From assembly GCA_040954595.2 (NCBI GenBank), contig CM082576.2, positions 16,043,028 through 16,107,027 on the forward strand: 64,000 bases of DNA, in the 5' to 3' direction. Each line of letters begins with the position of its first letter. The stretch's first letter is position 1. The position numbers were made by a program, and so were the translations under genes. Shown here one piece after another: positions 12,328 to 23,267 of the stretch. Origin of the DNA: Balanoglossus misakiensis (Eukaryota > Animalia > Hemichordata). Below the pieces are notes generated by a model that saw nothing but the letters and a program-made list of their open reading frames with translations, did no database searches and was not told the DNA's origin.

Positions 12328-12793
12328 AGGGAGCCTTCAGTATATACAGGGAGGGTGGGCTGGGGGATTCAGCGTACACCTGGACTGTAAAATGTGACCA
12401 CTCCCACTTTATCCCCCCTTCTAAAACGTGACCCTCCCACTTGTCCGACATTCTAAAACCTGATCCCCCTACACACAGAGGCCTATATGCAATAATAAAT
12501 ATTAATAAATTGAAAATGTATAAATAAAGAAATTGCATATAATTTGCATAAATTATCATTTTAATTTTACTTTTCCAATTCATTTTGTTCTTTGTATCAA
12601 TTAATTTCCTGCTCTGTATTCAGGAAATATCACATATACAATCCAAGATCTGACTGTAAAATCAGCTTCTGGAAAAAGTGACTCTCCCCTCAAGTATGTT
12701 TGTAAAAAAGTGACCCTCCCCCAAAGACAGGTTTGTAAAAATTGACCCACCCCCTGATTTCCCCTGCCCATCCCCCCTCGTAAATACTGAAGG
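12328..12793. mobile_element. MITE with short TIRs and G/C-run subterminal repeats (PIF/Harbinger-like)
   Basis: GGGAGCCTTCAGTATATAC at the left end and GTAAATACTGAAGG at the right. Internal repeated TGACCCTCCC motifs. The right end is clipped. Confidence 0.5.
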
Positions 12794-12794
12794 A

Positions 12795-13190
12795 TATTTT
12801 GTCCCACACTCGCCTGCGGCTCGTGTGGGACAAAAAATCCCCAACTCGTGTGAGAAATCCGATCCCAGGTCCTTGGGAGTGTGAGATTCTATTAGTCTCA
12901 TTGGCGCATGGGATCGACGCCCCTGTAAATCATTCTCGACTATGTCAACAAACGGCCTGAGCGTTTGTAGATTTTGCTTGGTCGACGCTACCCAAAACCA
13001 TGAGCTCACACCCAAATTCGAAACTCGCCTCACTACCAGAACACGCTCAAGGCAAGCATGCACACAAAACGTATTGAGGTTATTTATAAAGACAAAAAAT
13101 CACCGCAAACACACACAAGTATTGAGATTCCAAAAATCACCAAGCGACTAGTGGGCTGGTCTAGTCCCGGGCATCAAGTCTACTGCGTGT
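12795..13190. repeat. Interspersed repeat, family C (second copy 46430-46720)
   Basis: Shared GCTTGGTCGACGCTA...CCATGAGCTCA...CCCAAATTCGAAAC...GCATGCACACAAAA...GACAAAAAATCACCGCAAACACA. Starts with the hairpin TTTGTCCCACACTCGCCTGCGGCTCGTGTGGGACAAA. Confidence 0.7.
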
Positions 13191-14360
13191 GCATATAGGC
13201 CTACTGGGTAATAATACTTGATACAAGTTGGGCTTTTGCAGAATCTGTGAGTCCATCCGTAGCTGTCTCTCCAGAACAACCAAAATTTATCTGTTTGCGA
13301 GGCCACGTTAGGCAGACATTTTGGACATACTCCAAAACCAAGGAGTGTTTTCTGTCGTGTTGAGGTTCAGTGCAAGTCAAGCTCGACGCCTGGTGCACGG
13401 GCGCGGCCATTTTTAAATGTCATCAGCCCGAGTGGTAGAGTTGACTTTTCAGAGCCCTCTGACTCAGAGCCCTCCGACTCAGAGCCCCTCAGAGCCCTCT
13501 GAAGTTTCAGAACCTCAGAACCCGAACCTCAGAATTCTTGTTGACCCCAGATATAACCCCAAAATGTACCTGTATAATTAAATATAACGATTACAAATGG
13601 GTGTAATGTTGCCAAAATTACTCCCGCTGAAAATACGATGTACCGGCACTACATTGTATGGCAAGTGCGAGATCGTGACTGCCGATTGCCCGCCATATTT
13701 GTTTTCGAAGTTTATGTCGATTTCAGATTCAGATTCAGCCACGGATTCCGATTCACCCGTAACGCGTTTCCTTTTCTTATTTCCTTGCAAATATGAAAGT
13801 ATTTTGTAGCACACGACAAATTAAAAAACAATTAATACATAGATAAGAAAGTTCCTTCACTTGCGGTGATCTTTCACCGCCAGGCATTTGTATTCAACCT
13901 GTCCCCCATTATATATCAGTGGGAAGGGCAATGTTATGATTTATTTGTGCATGGGTGAATTATCATTGTGGTAATATTGATCATGCAGATATGATGTGGC
14001 TATTATGACAGGAAAACTTTCTTCAGAAACTTGTTTTCATTGCCTAGATTATTTTTTATCAAAAGTGATTTGATATTATTCATGTTTACATATTATGTAT
14101 GTATTTATTGTTTTTTCTTGTTTTGGAATAAACTCTTTGAAATTTAACTGCTTGTTTGTAAATTTTTAGCAAGAAATATATACGCATTTGACATACAGCA
14201 AACCTATAGTAATAATCCTAATGGAAGGAGAATAAGCACAGTGTGTGAGGACACAAAGTTTGTCAAAAAGTCATTAATTTGAATGACTGGCAAATCCAAA
14301 ATGTTTTCCACGGGCTTTATTCTGATGGACAAATAATTAAATAAATAAGTTCTTATTTAA

Positions 14361-15091
14361 AGTGGCATTGCATGAAAAGTTGTGATTTTTGCCAAATTTA
14401 CTTTTTTACATAAATCGGTAGGTCTAATACTGATCCACATTCTGACAAACGCGTCTTGGCGGAAATGGTTTATAATCACCCAAAAATAGCACTTTTCTGA
14501 ATAAGTTCACAGCTTAACAAATAGGTGTCAACAATGCAAATGGCTGTTTTTCTCAGTTTGCATTTTTGCTGCTCTTGACAACTTTAGAAGAATTTAGCTT
14601 CGCTCTGCATTGGCCGAATTTGCTCAAATTTTAACAGGGGATTGTGTATGACCCATCTAACAAAAAAAAATTTTAGTCGATAAAGTGTCCTTGGCGGGAA
14701 TAAAATCTGATTCAATACAACTCATTGTGAATTTGATCAAATTTTATAAAAATCTAACTTGCAAACACTGTTACTCCTCAATGGAAGCAGATAAGGCTAA
14801 ACTAAATTTTCGTTTTTTTTTGCATGTGTACCTAGTTTCGAATGACATACTGAGATGCATGATGCATGGTCAACCGTTTTACCTAATTTCAATTGAATGA
14901 CATAATATCAATAAAATGTTTTTTTTTAACCCCAAAACGCCACCATTTCCGGGGGTCAATGAAATGTGCAACTCAAATAAAAGTTCAAAAACTCAGCTTC
15001 CAGAATATGTATGGTTTAAAGGGGTTTTAATATTGTCTTTGAAGAGAAATAGGCCTCTGAAAAAGTCTTGACGGTTTCGTGCAATACCACA
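14361..15091 (+). mobile_element. TTAA-flanked Kolobok-like MITE, family D copy 1 (nested in the MULE-like element)
   Basis: ttaa|AGTGGCATTGCATGAAA...TTTCGTGCAATACCACA|ttaa. Reverse-complement copy at 18724-19455. Confidence 0.85.
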
Positions 15092-15294
15092 TTAAGTATT
15101 GAATTGATTTCCAAATTCTCTTCTTTTGGTGTTTCTTCTTGCGATTTATTTTGTCGTGTGCTACAAAATACGTTTATATTTGTAATGCAATGCAAGCAAA
15201 AAAAGAAAAGTAACGCGTTACTGGTGAATCGGAATCCGTGGCTGAATCTGAATCTGAAATCGACATAAACTTCGAAAACAAATATGGCGGGTAA

Positions 15295-15594
15295 TTCTTT
15301 GATATCAAATGACGTCAGACGCGCTCAGGCGGCAGTTACGTTCGAATTAAAATTTCCAGATGACGGGCAACTTCAGCAACGTGGACTTACATGGTGCAGA
15401 GAAAACTGTGCAAACGAAATGCACTGAGGCTGATGAGGCACCATACCCGATACATGTTATGTGTTTGGCGGTTCTAAAGTAAAAACATACTCGGAAAAAA
15501 CTTTTACTAGATGCCGAAATATTGCTTGCCCGTCATCTGGAAATGCCAGCGACATGGAACACATGGCCAGATCACGTGATTGATAGTAAAGAAT
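15295..15594. mobile_element. Small TIR element interrupting the right TIR of the MULE-like element, family E
   Basis: ATTCTTTGATATCAAATGACGT...CACGTGATTGATAGTAAAGAAT. Absent from the left TIR. Inverted partial copy at 51647-51890. Confidence 0.7.
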
Positions 15595-17080
15595 AGGCAG
15601 TCACGATCTCGCACTTGCCATACAACGTAGTACGTCGTATTTTCTGCGGGAGTAATTTTGGCAACATTACACCCATTTGTAATCGTTATATTTAATTATA
15701 CAGGTAAATTTTGGGATTATACCTGAGGTCAACAAGAATTCTGAGGTCCGGGTTCTGAGGTTCTGAAACTTCAGAGGGCTCTGAGGGGCTCTGACTCAGA
15801 GGGCTCTGAAAAGTCAACTCTACCCAGCCCGAGTACATACTTGAGCAGTCGCTGTGCCTCTTGATAAGGAATGGAACTTTAATACTGTGTGCATGACGTT
15901 CTTTAAACCAGGGTTATGGTAGAAAAATATTTTTACTTTTTGACATGAGCCAGTGGACAATTGTAATTAAAAGACCACTTATGACAATTGTCTTTTGAGA
16001 ACAACTGCTTCTTATAGCATGTGATTCTGGTAACTCACAGCCCCCCAGGGGTAATAAACGGCTGCTATGTCCCTCATGGCCAGGCAATAGGTGTTCAATA
16101 TAGCTTTAATAGGTGCCACGTCATGTGGGGCATGGCTGCTTACTATTTTCTAAATACCTGACATCACTTGTCAGTCTTTTTGCTCAAAGTCATATATATC
16201 TTTCTTTCATAGACTTAATGGATTTTTCCGGTGTATGGTCAAAGCATATACAAAACATTGCCTTTGTACATAAATGTAATATCTGCTATGTGGAACCATA
16301 TCCTTGGTTTAATTTAAAAAAATACCTTGTTTCATTTTCAGTGACACTGATGTGCGCATACTATATTTTTGGTAAACGTCTGTTGTAACATTAGTAATGT
16401 GTCTTTCTTCCATGTTTATTTTTTCCATTTTGAAGTTCACATTCTCTTTCTATAGATGATCAGGAACATGTCATGTTATTTTGTTTTGAAATTTATGCTC
16501 ATGGCTTGCAATAATCTTTTCAATGTACCGGTAAGGTGGCAGTCAAAATATCACTTTCAGTGTGTGGCTTGCATGACACATCAAGAATAGGGCCAATAAT
16601 TTGCATTTCAAAAAAATGTCTCAAGAGCATATTTTCAATCATGACAATAGCTGATTGTGCTTCTGTTTGAGTTGTGTCTAAAGCTTTGAGTCATTGACAA
16701 TTAAGCTATAGCCACACTAGATACTAACCAAAAGTAAAAAGCAGACGGAATGCATTTGTCATTCCTGTAAGTTGTAGTTGCATACACAAGAAGATTGCTT
16801 GTATGCACACTCTTAAATGGTGCAGTCTGAATATTTAATATTTGTGATGATTTATTGCCATATGTGAAAGAGAAACACATCGGAATAAATTATCACAAAA
16901 TTAAATATTCAAATTGCACAAATTTACTATTATGGCAAAATATGATCAATGATAAAATTAAGTTGTACATCATAACAAATGAGATTTGATTTGGTTAAAA
17001 ATAGCTTGGTTTCAACAAACAATGTTTTTTATCATAAACTCTCCCTTCATGAATATAAAATTTATATTGTATTTTAATAG

Positions 17081-18312
17081 GTGCAATATTGTTCGTTGGA
17101 ACTGAGTGGATAGCACGCAACACAAACCTTGAAGTTGCTTTGGTTAACAGAGAAATTGCTTGCTCAGTTGCTAGGAAAGGCTATAGAGTTTATTGTATGG
17201 TATTTCATGCCTCGGATGAAGATAAACAAGATGCTTTGGAAAATGGTGTAACACTTCTCCTTCCAAATGCTACAACAAGGTCTCAAAAGAAGTTAGTAAA
17301 GAAATTAACACCACAAGAACTCATGATGATGCACAAAGACTTTTATCCCTCACTAAAAGAGTTAAGAGATGTGAGATTTATCGTAAGCCATGCAAGCATT
17401 GATGGTACTGCTGATTCTGCAGCCAGTATACATAGTGAAATGTTCAGTAATGCAAGATTTGTCCCCATTATCTATTATATACCAGAAAATGAGAGGTTTC
17501 AGCCTTCTGAATTAGATTTATTACAGAAAGAAATGGAGGACTTTGCAACGATAGCTGATATTGTCTTATCTCTGGGCTCACATATATTTAATTATTTTGA
17601 GAATATGTTTAGAGGAATCAGTACATTGTTAAATAGGAAAGTAAACCATCACACTTTCCTTCCATTTATTCATACAGCAGCAGCAGGAGATTTGCAATAT
17701 AAGCCAGAAATTAAAACATTTATTGAAATCTTAACTTTTTATTCAGACATGTTAATAGACAAAAAAAGTTTTATCAAATTTGAACTGTCAGCAAATGTTC
17801 TAAGCGGTATTAGAGAATATGGACTCTATGAAAAGAAAGAATTGAGGTGGAAATTGCTTGGAGTTTCAGATGAAATCTCTGAAAATTTTCATTCATATTT
17901 AACAAATAAAACCAACAATAAATACCTGAAAATAATTTTGTATCCACCACATGGCCTCAGTGATATTATTACAGATCTCAAGAAATGCCATTTTGTTTTG
18001 TATACAGGAGAAAATGCTTTTGGAATGCCAGCTCTTCTGGCAGCTAGTGCTGGAGTGCCTTTAATTACGTCAGATAGAACTGGTTTTGCAGCTTTCCTGG
18101 AGAATAATTCTTTAATCTCAAGAAATTACATAATACCTGATGACAAAGAGCAATATGCTACAAAGATACATGAAATGATCCAAAATTATCAAACATTCTT
18201 AGATATTGCACAACAGACAAAGTCATTTTTAGTAAAAAGTGCAGAAAGTGGTGAAATTGCAAAATCACAGCTCTTCTTTCTCAATTGGATCGATGAAAAT
18301 AATGGGACTTGA
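17081..18312 (+). CDS. Large exon encoding a GT-B fold (GT4/Glycos_transf_1, MshA-like) glycosyltransferase-like domain
   Basis: Phase-1 acceptor ttttaatag|GT at 17080 opens a 407-aa frame. N-terminal VNREIA...G..VYC, ADIVLSLG, and C-terminal NAFGMPALLAASAGVPLITSDRTGFA, which aligns to the E-x-FG-x3-LEA-x3-G-x-P motif. Confidence 0.75.
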
Positions 18313-18723
18313 TAATTGTTATCTATGCACACTTGAAGACAGTCATGTAAAAAGTAGCAATTATGCATGACAGTGGTTAGGAAATCCATCTTTGTGTTTT
18401 AACAGCCAAAAAATGTTGTCAATGATAAGTACTAAGTGAAGGCCTGTAAGATGAATTTCACTCTGTCTGTGGTCAAATTGACTCCTGTGAGATTTTCTCT
18501 TAGTCTGTGTATAAGTCTGTGGAACATTTTTGGTAACACTTGAATAATTCTATAAACTAATCATTCAGCTAGAATGGAAGCATATCTCACTTGGTTTTAC
18601 ATGTGGTGCCTTAATAATGATAATCAGTTTAATGATGTAAACTTTTAGTTTGGTTTAATTGCAGTTCTTACTGTTTACAAAGCAAAATAATATATCAGTT
18701 GATTGTATGTACTGGCTTATTAA

Positions 18724-19455
18724 GGTGGCCCTGCATGAAACCGTCAAGACTTTTTCAGAGGCCTATTTCTTATCAAAGAAAAAGTTAAAACCCCCATAAA
18801 CCATATATATTATGGAAGCTGAGATTTTGAACTTTTGTTTGAGTTGCAAATATTATTGATCCCCGGAAATAGTGGCGATTTTGGGTGAAAAAACCCATGT
18901 TTTGATATTATGTCATGAAATTTAAAATAGGTAAAAAAGTTGACCATGCATCATGCATCTTAATATGTCATTCAAAACTAGAGTACACGTGCAAAAAAAC
19001 GCTAAATTTGTTTTGCGTTATCTGCTTCCATTGAGGAGTAACAGCGTTTAAAAGTTAGATTTTCAGAAAATTTGATCAAATTCACGGTGAGGTGTATTGA
19101 ATCAGAGTTTATTCCCGCCAGGGACACTTTATCGACAAACAAAACTAGCGTTTTGTTGGATGGGTCATACACAATTCCCTGTCAAAATTTGAGCAAATTC
19201 GGCCAACGCAGGGCGAAGCTATTTTAGTCCGAAGTTGTCAAGAGCAGCGAAATGCAAACTGAGAAAAACGGCTATTTGCATTGTTGACACGTATTTGTTA
19301 AGCTGTGAACTCATTCAGAAAAGTGCTATTTTGGGGTGATTATGCACCATTTCCGCCAAGACGTATTAGTCAGGTTGTGGGTCAGTATTAGGCCTACCGA
19401 TTTATGTAAAAAAGTAAAATTTGGCAAAAATCACAACTTTTCATGCAATGCCACC
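18724..19455 (-). mobile_element. TTAA-flanked Kolobok-like MITE, family D copy 2 (inverted relative to copy 1)
   Basis: ttaa|GGTGGCCCTGCATGAAA...TTTCATGCAATGCCACC|ttaa. Reverse complement of 14361-15091. Confidence 0.85.
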
Positions 19456-20519
19456 TTAAGGAAGAGCTAGGTTATAATTGTTCTTATCAAGAAAAATGTA
19501 AAAACTCTTATAAAAGATTTGCTTGTATTGTTAGTTGCACACTTGAAGACAGTCATGTAATTATAGCTATAGTTCTCTGTATTCATGGTTATATGCAATT
19601 TAGTATAACTTTACAATAAAGACACATAACAGCGAGTTGATCATAGCTCTGAACAATTCTTTGCAACCTACCGGGTACATAGGCTAAGCAACCTATGAAG
19701 GTACGTGTCTGTTTCAATTGGTTTCTATTGTACCTTCATATTGTCACATAAATTTACAAAGATTAGATAATAATTGTATAACTTCATTGATAAAAATTCT
19801 CTGTGTTCAAAGTAATTTCTCAGGTATTGTTCTGTGAGCACGTGACAACTTGTGTGAATCAATGTGCCAAAATGATCCATCATTATAACACAAGGACATT
19901 CAGTTCATATCTGGCAAGACTTGTGAGCTGCCAATTTGTGCATTATTTTCATGATTTCAATATGTTAAAAGTCACTTAAACCACGATTGTGACGTCAAAC
20001 TGTTCAATAGACAAGTCATTCACTGAGAGAACCTCCGTCTCGCACAAAACCACAGGTTGAAAACCAAGTCCCGGGTAGTTCTAGAATTACATAATTAAGT
20101 TCGCATAGCTTTGTTTGATGTGTCTGCAAAATCACCATATGTAACTTTAATTTTTCAGTGTCACTGTGTCAATTACTGGACATTGTGATATATACTTTAT
20201 ACGTTGAATATACAGGGTATATGGTAATAACAAAAACCTCTTTATATTATAGAAAATGTAACAATCTGGAAACCCCCAAAGCGTGGTGTATGGAGCAGAT
20301 CAAATCGTAAGTGGTGTGAAATAATCTAAAATTTACAACTAAACCTGCTCTAAAATGCTTGTCAAAATGGATAGTGTACTTCCAATTTGCAATACAAAAT
20401 TTCTGTATGTAGGCCGAATGGCCTCACTGAGTTTAAATAATATTTTAAGAACAGTTGTGGTTAACACCTGTACCAATTAATTTCTATAACTCTAATGATT
20501 TTGAAAAGGAAGTCTTCAA

Positions 20520-20739
20520 TTAGAGGTTATAAAGCAAAATCATATTATAATGAGGTTGTAAACGGTGAGCTCGGGTATTTGGTACGGGTATTAGACCTCT
20601 CAGGTGAAAATTAGCATATTTGGGTGAAATAATCATCTCGCTTTGCTCGGCAATTTTTCCACACCAAAATATGCTAATTTTCACCTGAGAGGTTTTGTAT
20701 CCCCAACCAAATACCATCGCCACCGTTTATTACCTCTAA
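20520..20739. mobile_element. Palindromic MITE, family B copy 2
   Basis: Homologous to 3868-4080. Ends ~20 bp upstream of the 20759 splice acceptor. Confidence 0.75.
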
Positions 20740-20758
20740 AATATATTGTTCTTCCTAG

Positions 20759-21154
20759 GAGAAATACGGATCAACGTTGATATTGAAAGTATTGACTACA
20801 TCAAAGGAGCTAACAAAAACATGGCGTGTGATGATGTCTTCTTGGAAATCAATTCCTTCAAAGACATTCCAATAGTGACTAAATATCTCGATACCCATAT
20901 TCACGACATATTATTCAAGCAAATGATAAAGGATTGCCTCCTCATTGTCACTGAACTAACATCTCGTGAAGCACTGGATGGACTATGGCAGATGTATATT
21001 GATGGTTTGCTGAACAAACTCTTTGAAGATGACATAATAACACCAGGAACTAAAGAAAGACTAAACACAACATCAATTAAGTTGCAAACAGTAATCCCAA
21101 CGTGGCAGTACAAGAAGTGCCTACTCGAATTTAAAATTCAAGATATGCAGTCTG
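20759..21154 (+). CDS. Phase 1-1 exon encoding a TRADD-N-like domain
   Basis: Acceptor cttcctag|GA and donor TCTG|gtgagc. CLLIVTELTSREALDGLWQMYIDGLLNKLFEDDIIT...IKLQTVIPTWQYKKC resembles the TRADD-like N domain found next to GT and Death domains in amphioxus, hemichordate and coral immune proteins (recognised from memory). Confidence 0.65.
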
Positions 21155-22106
21155 GTGAGCATGATCGACGTCTTAACTCCTTCATATTATTTTTGCTTCA
21201 GAAGTTGTTCAAATACATGTATATACCTAATCAAAAATGTGATACAAACTTAAATGTTTTGAACTTGCAAATTCATTTGTCAAAAATAATAATATATCCA
21301 TTACTTATATACAGGCTTTGTTGCGAAGCTAATTTTATAAAGCCATACAGAATTTACTATAAAAATCAGATAGATGAGGAAAATACCTAACAATAGCCTA
21401 AAGTTAAGAGAAGAGTTACTGGGGCTTAAAAAATTATGCAATGAGCACCCGTCGAGGGCAGATATATGTAATTGCTTGTGGTCAAGCCTATATGTAGTGG
21501 TAATTAACGCAAGGTCATAACGTAATGCATGATTTTGCCTTAACAAATATCTCTGCCAAAAATAATGCTAGTATATCAGATGATAAAAATGCAACTGACC
21601 AACCAGCTTTAATATTTTTGTTCATGTCTTTACCATAACATGTCTTTTCAAATTTACTTCAATGTGAAAAATCTGCTAACTTGTTTTGTGATATTTATAA
21701 CATATTTTAATTCTAAATTCATCTACTCGAACAATCACTTCAACCTGCAGGTTTAAAGTTTGATGATTTCCTTTTTTCATTGGATTGCACAAGTTTGAAG
21801 TATTGACATTTTTGTGCCTTAATTTTATATCTCCCACAGAGCACACAGAAATAGCGCATTGGAGCGAAAAACAAGGCAGAGCAGTTGTAATTTCTGTCAT
21901 TAAATTCATTGCATCAGGGACACTTGCTGTAATCATCCAGGTCCTTTTTGAAAATGGTAAGGCAATATATCTGTATATGGACAATATTTTCCACTCCTTC
22001 TCTTCAAAAGTATTTTCTGCACCAAGGAGGTATTGGTTCCAAGATTCAGAAAAAGCAGCATCATCAGGATTTTCAGGTAAGATTACTCAGACAAGCCACA
22101 GTTTAA

Positions 22107-22395
22107 AGCGCGTAGCTCGTCTCACACGCATGTTCCAACTGTAGCCGCTGGTTACAGACGTTTAGTGAACAGTCAATCCCATAAGGCAGTGCTCAAAAAA
22201 GATGGCGGCGACCATAATCTGTGTCGGAGATCAGGAAAAGACACTAGCTTGGGTGATAAGAGGGACAAAACCAGAATCTACTTATACGGTGCGCATGAAA
22301 TATGGAAGGAAGCGAAGGCAGTCCACTATTTGAATGCATCGAACGGAACATTTTCTGGGAAGTTACGCGCATGCGCGTGAGACGAGCTACCCGCT
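22107..22395. mobile_element. TTAA-flanked MITE (Kolobok-like)
   Basis: ttaa|AGCGCGTAGCTCGTCTCACACGCATG...CATGCGCGTGAGACGAGCTACCCGCT|ttaa. Confidence 0.8.
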
Positions 22396-22934
22396 TTAAG
22401 GCACAGATAAAAAAGATCTGTAGATGCATCAAAGCAAAAGGCACAATATTCCGCAAATTTGAAAAGAGAAAAACCTCAACAGACACTTAGGTAAAGGATT
22501 AATGGAGTAACGGAGATATTCTACTGGAGCAATGAAGATGATGTTTCATGTTTAATATATTTGAGAGTTTGCAGTTCTCCTTAATTTTTTATTGCATCTT
22601 TAGAATTTATTTTAGAGTGTTTTAGTAGCCCTCGCTGGTACCAGCCCTACTTCTTGTATTACGGTACTGCTCATGTGCAACTCTTGCATAACGCCATCTA
22701 ATCCAGAACTGTGACAGTAAATTTTCTAGATTTTGACTAGAAAATTCCGTCTGTAGACCAAAACTCGTGCACTGATCGCCGTTATCGATCACACTGCATT
22801 TATATTGGACAGCAAAACGTCTCACAACTTGTACAATGGCCCCTTTTCGAAATTTATGTGGCTTTAAAGACATGCTCAGCCGCCGCCATCTTGATTTACG
22901 CGCAAAGGATTGTGGGGGTAATGTTATTTGACAA

Positions 22935-23265
22935 CGTAAAATTAATTCGACACAAAACGTGAAATTAATTCGACACTACACATGTAATTAATTCGACACT
23001 ACACATAAAATTAATTCGACTCTACACGTAAAATTAATTCGAGATGTTGGCAAAATTAATCCTAACAAAGATAAGCTAAAATAATTATTTAGAACACATA
23101 AAATTAATTCTGCATGACTAAAAAAAATTAATTAAAGCACATAAAAATTAATTCAAAGAAATATAAAATTAAATCTATATGCTGGAAAAATTAATTCCAG
23201 GCTCCATAAAATTAATTCTAACCCGTTTTTTAAAGAACTATAATTTTGACCAGAACGGGCTCCCA
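22935..23265. repeat. Degenerate ~21-23-bp tandem array (AAAATTAATTC core), probably the subterminal region of a DNA transposon
   Basis: About 13 units such as ACGTAAAATTAATTCGACAC. Ends ...GGGCTCCCATA, a TAYGG-type terminus on the minus strand (IS3EU-like; this assignment is weak). Confidence 0.6.
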
Positions 23266-23267
23266 TA

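Larger units (their letters stand above)
13434..15824. mobile_element. Mutator/MULE-like non-autonomous element with long TIRs and a 10-bp TSD
   Basis: TSD CAGCCCGAGT at 13424-13433 and 15825-15834. Termini GGTAGAGTTGACTTTTCAGAGCCC / GGGCTCTGAAAAGTCAACTCTACC. TIRs are ~390 bp with internal CAGAGCCC repeats. Two nested insertions. Confidence 0.85.

Noticed and set aside
21155-21390. C-terminal part of the 214-aa ORF
   Set aside because: Follows the G|gtgagc donor and is AT-rich intron read-through.
22935-23225. Regularly spaced repeats resembling a CRISPR array
   Set aside because: Degenerate ~21-23-bp tandem units without unique spacers, no cas genes, eukaryotic context.
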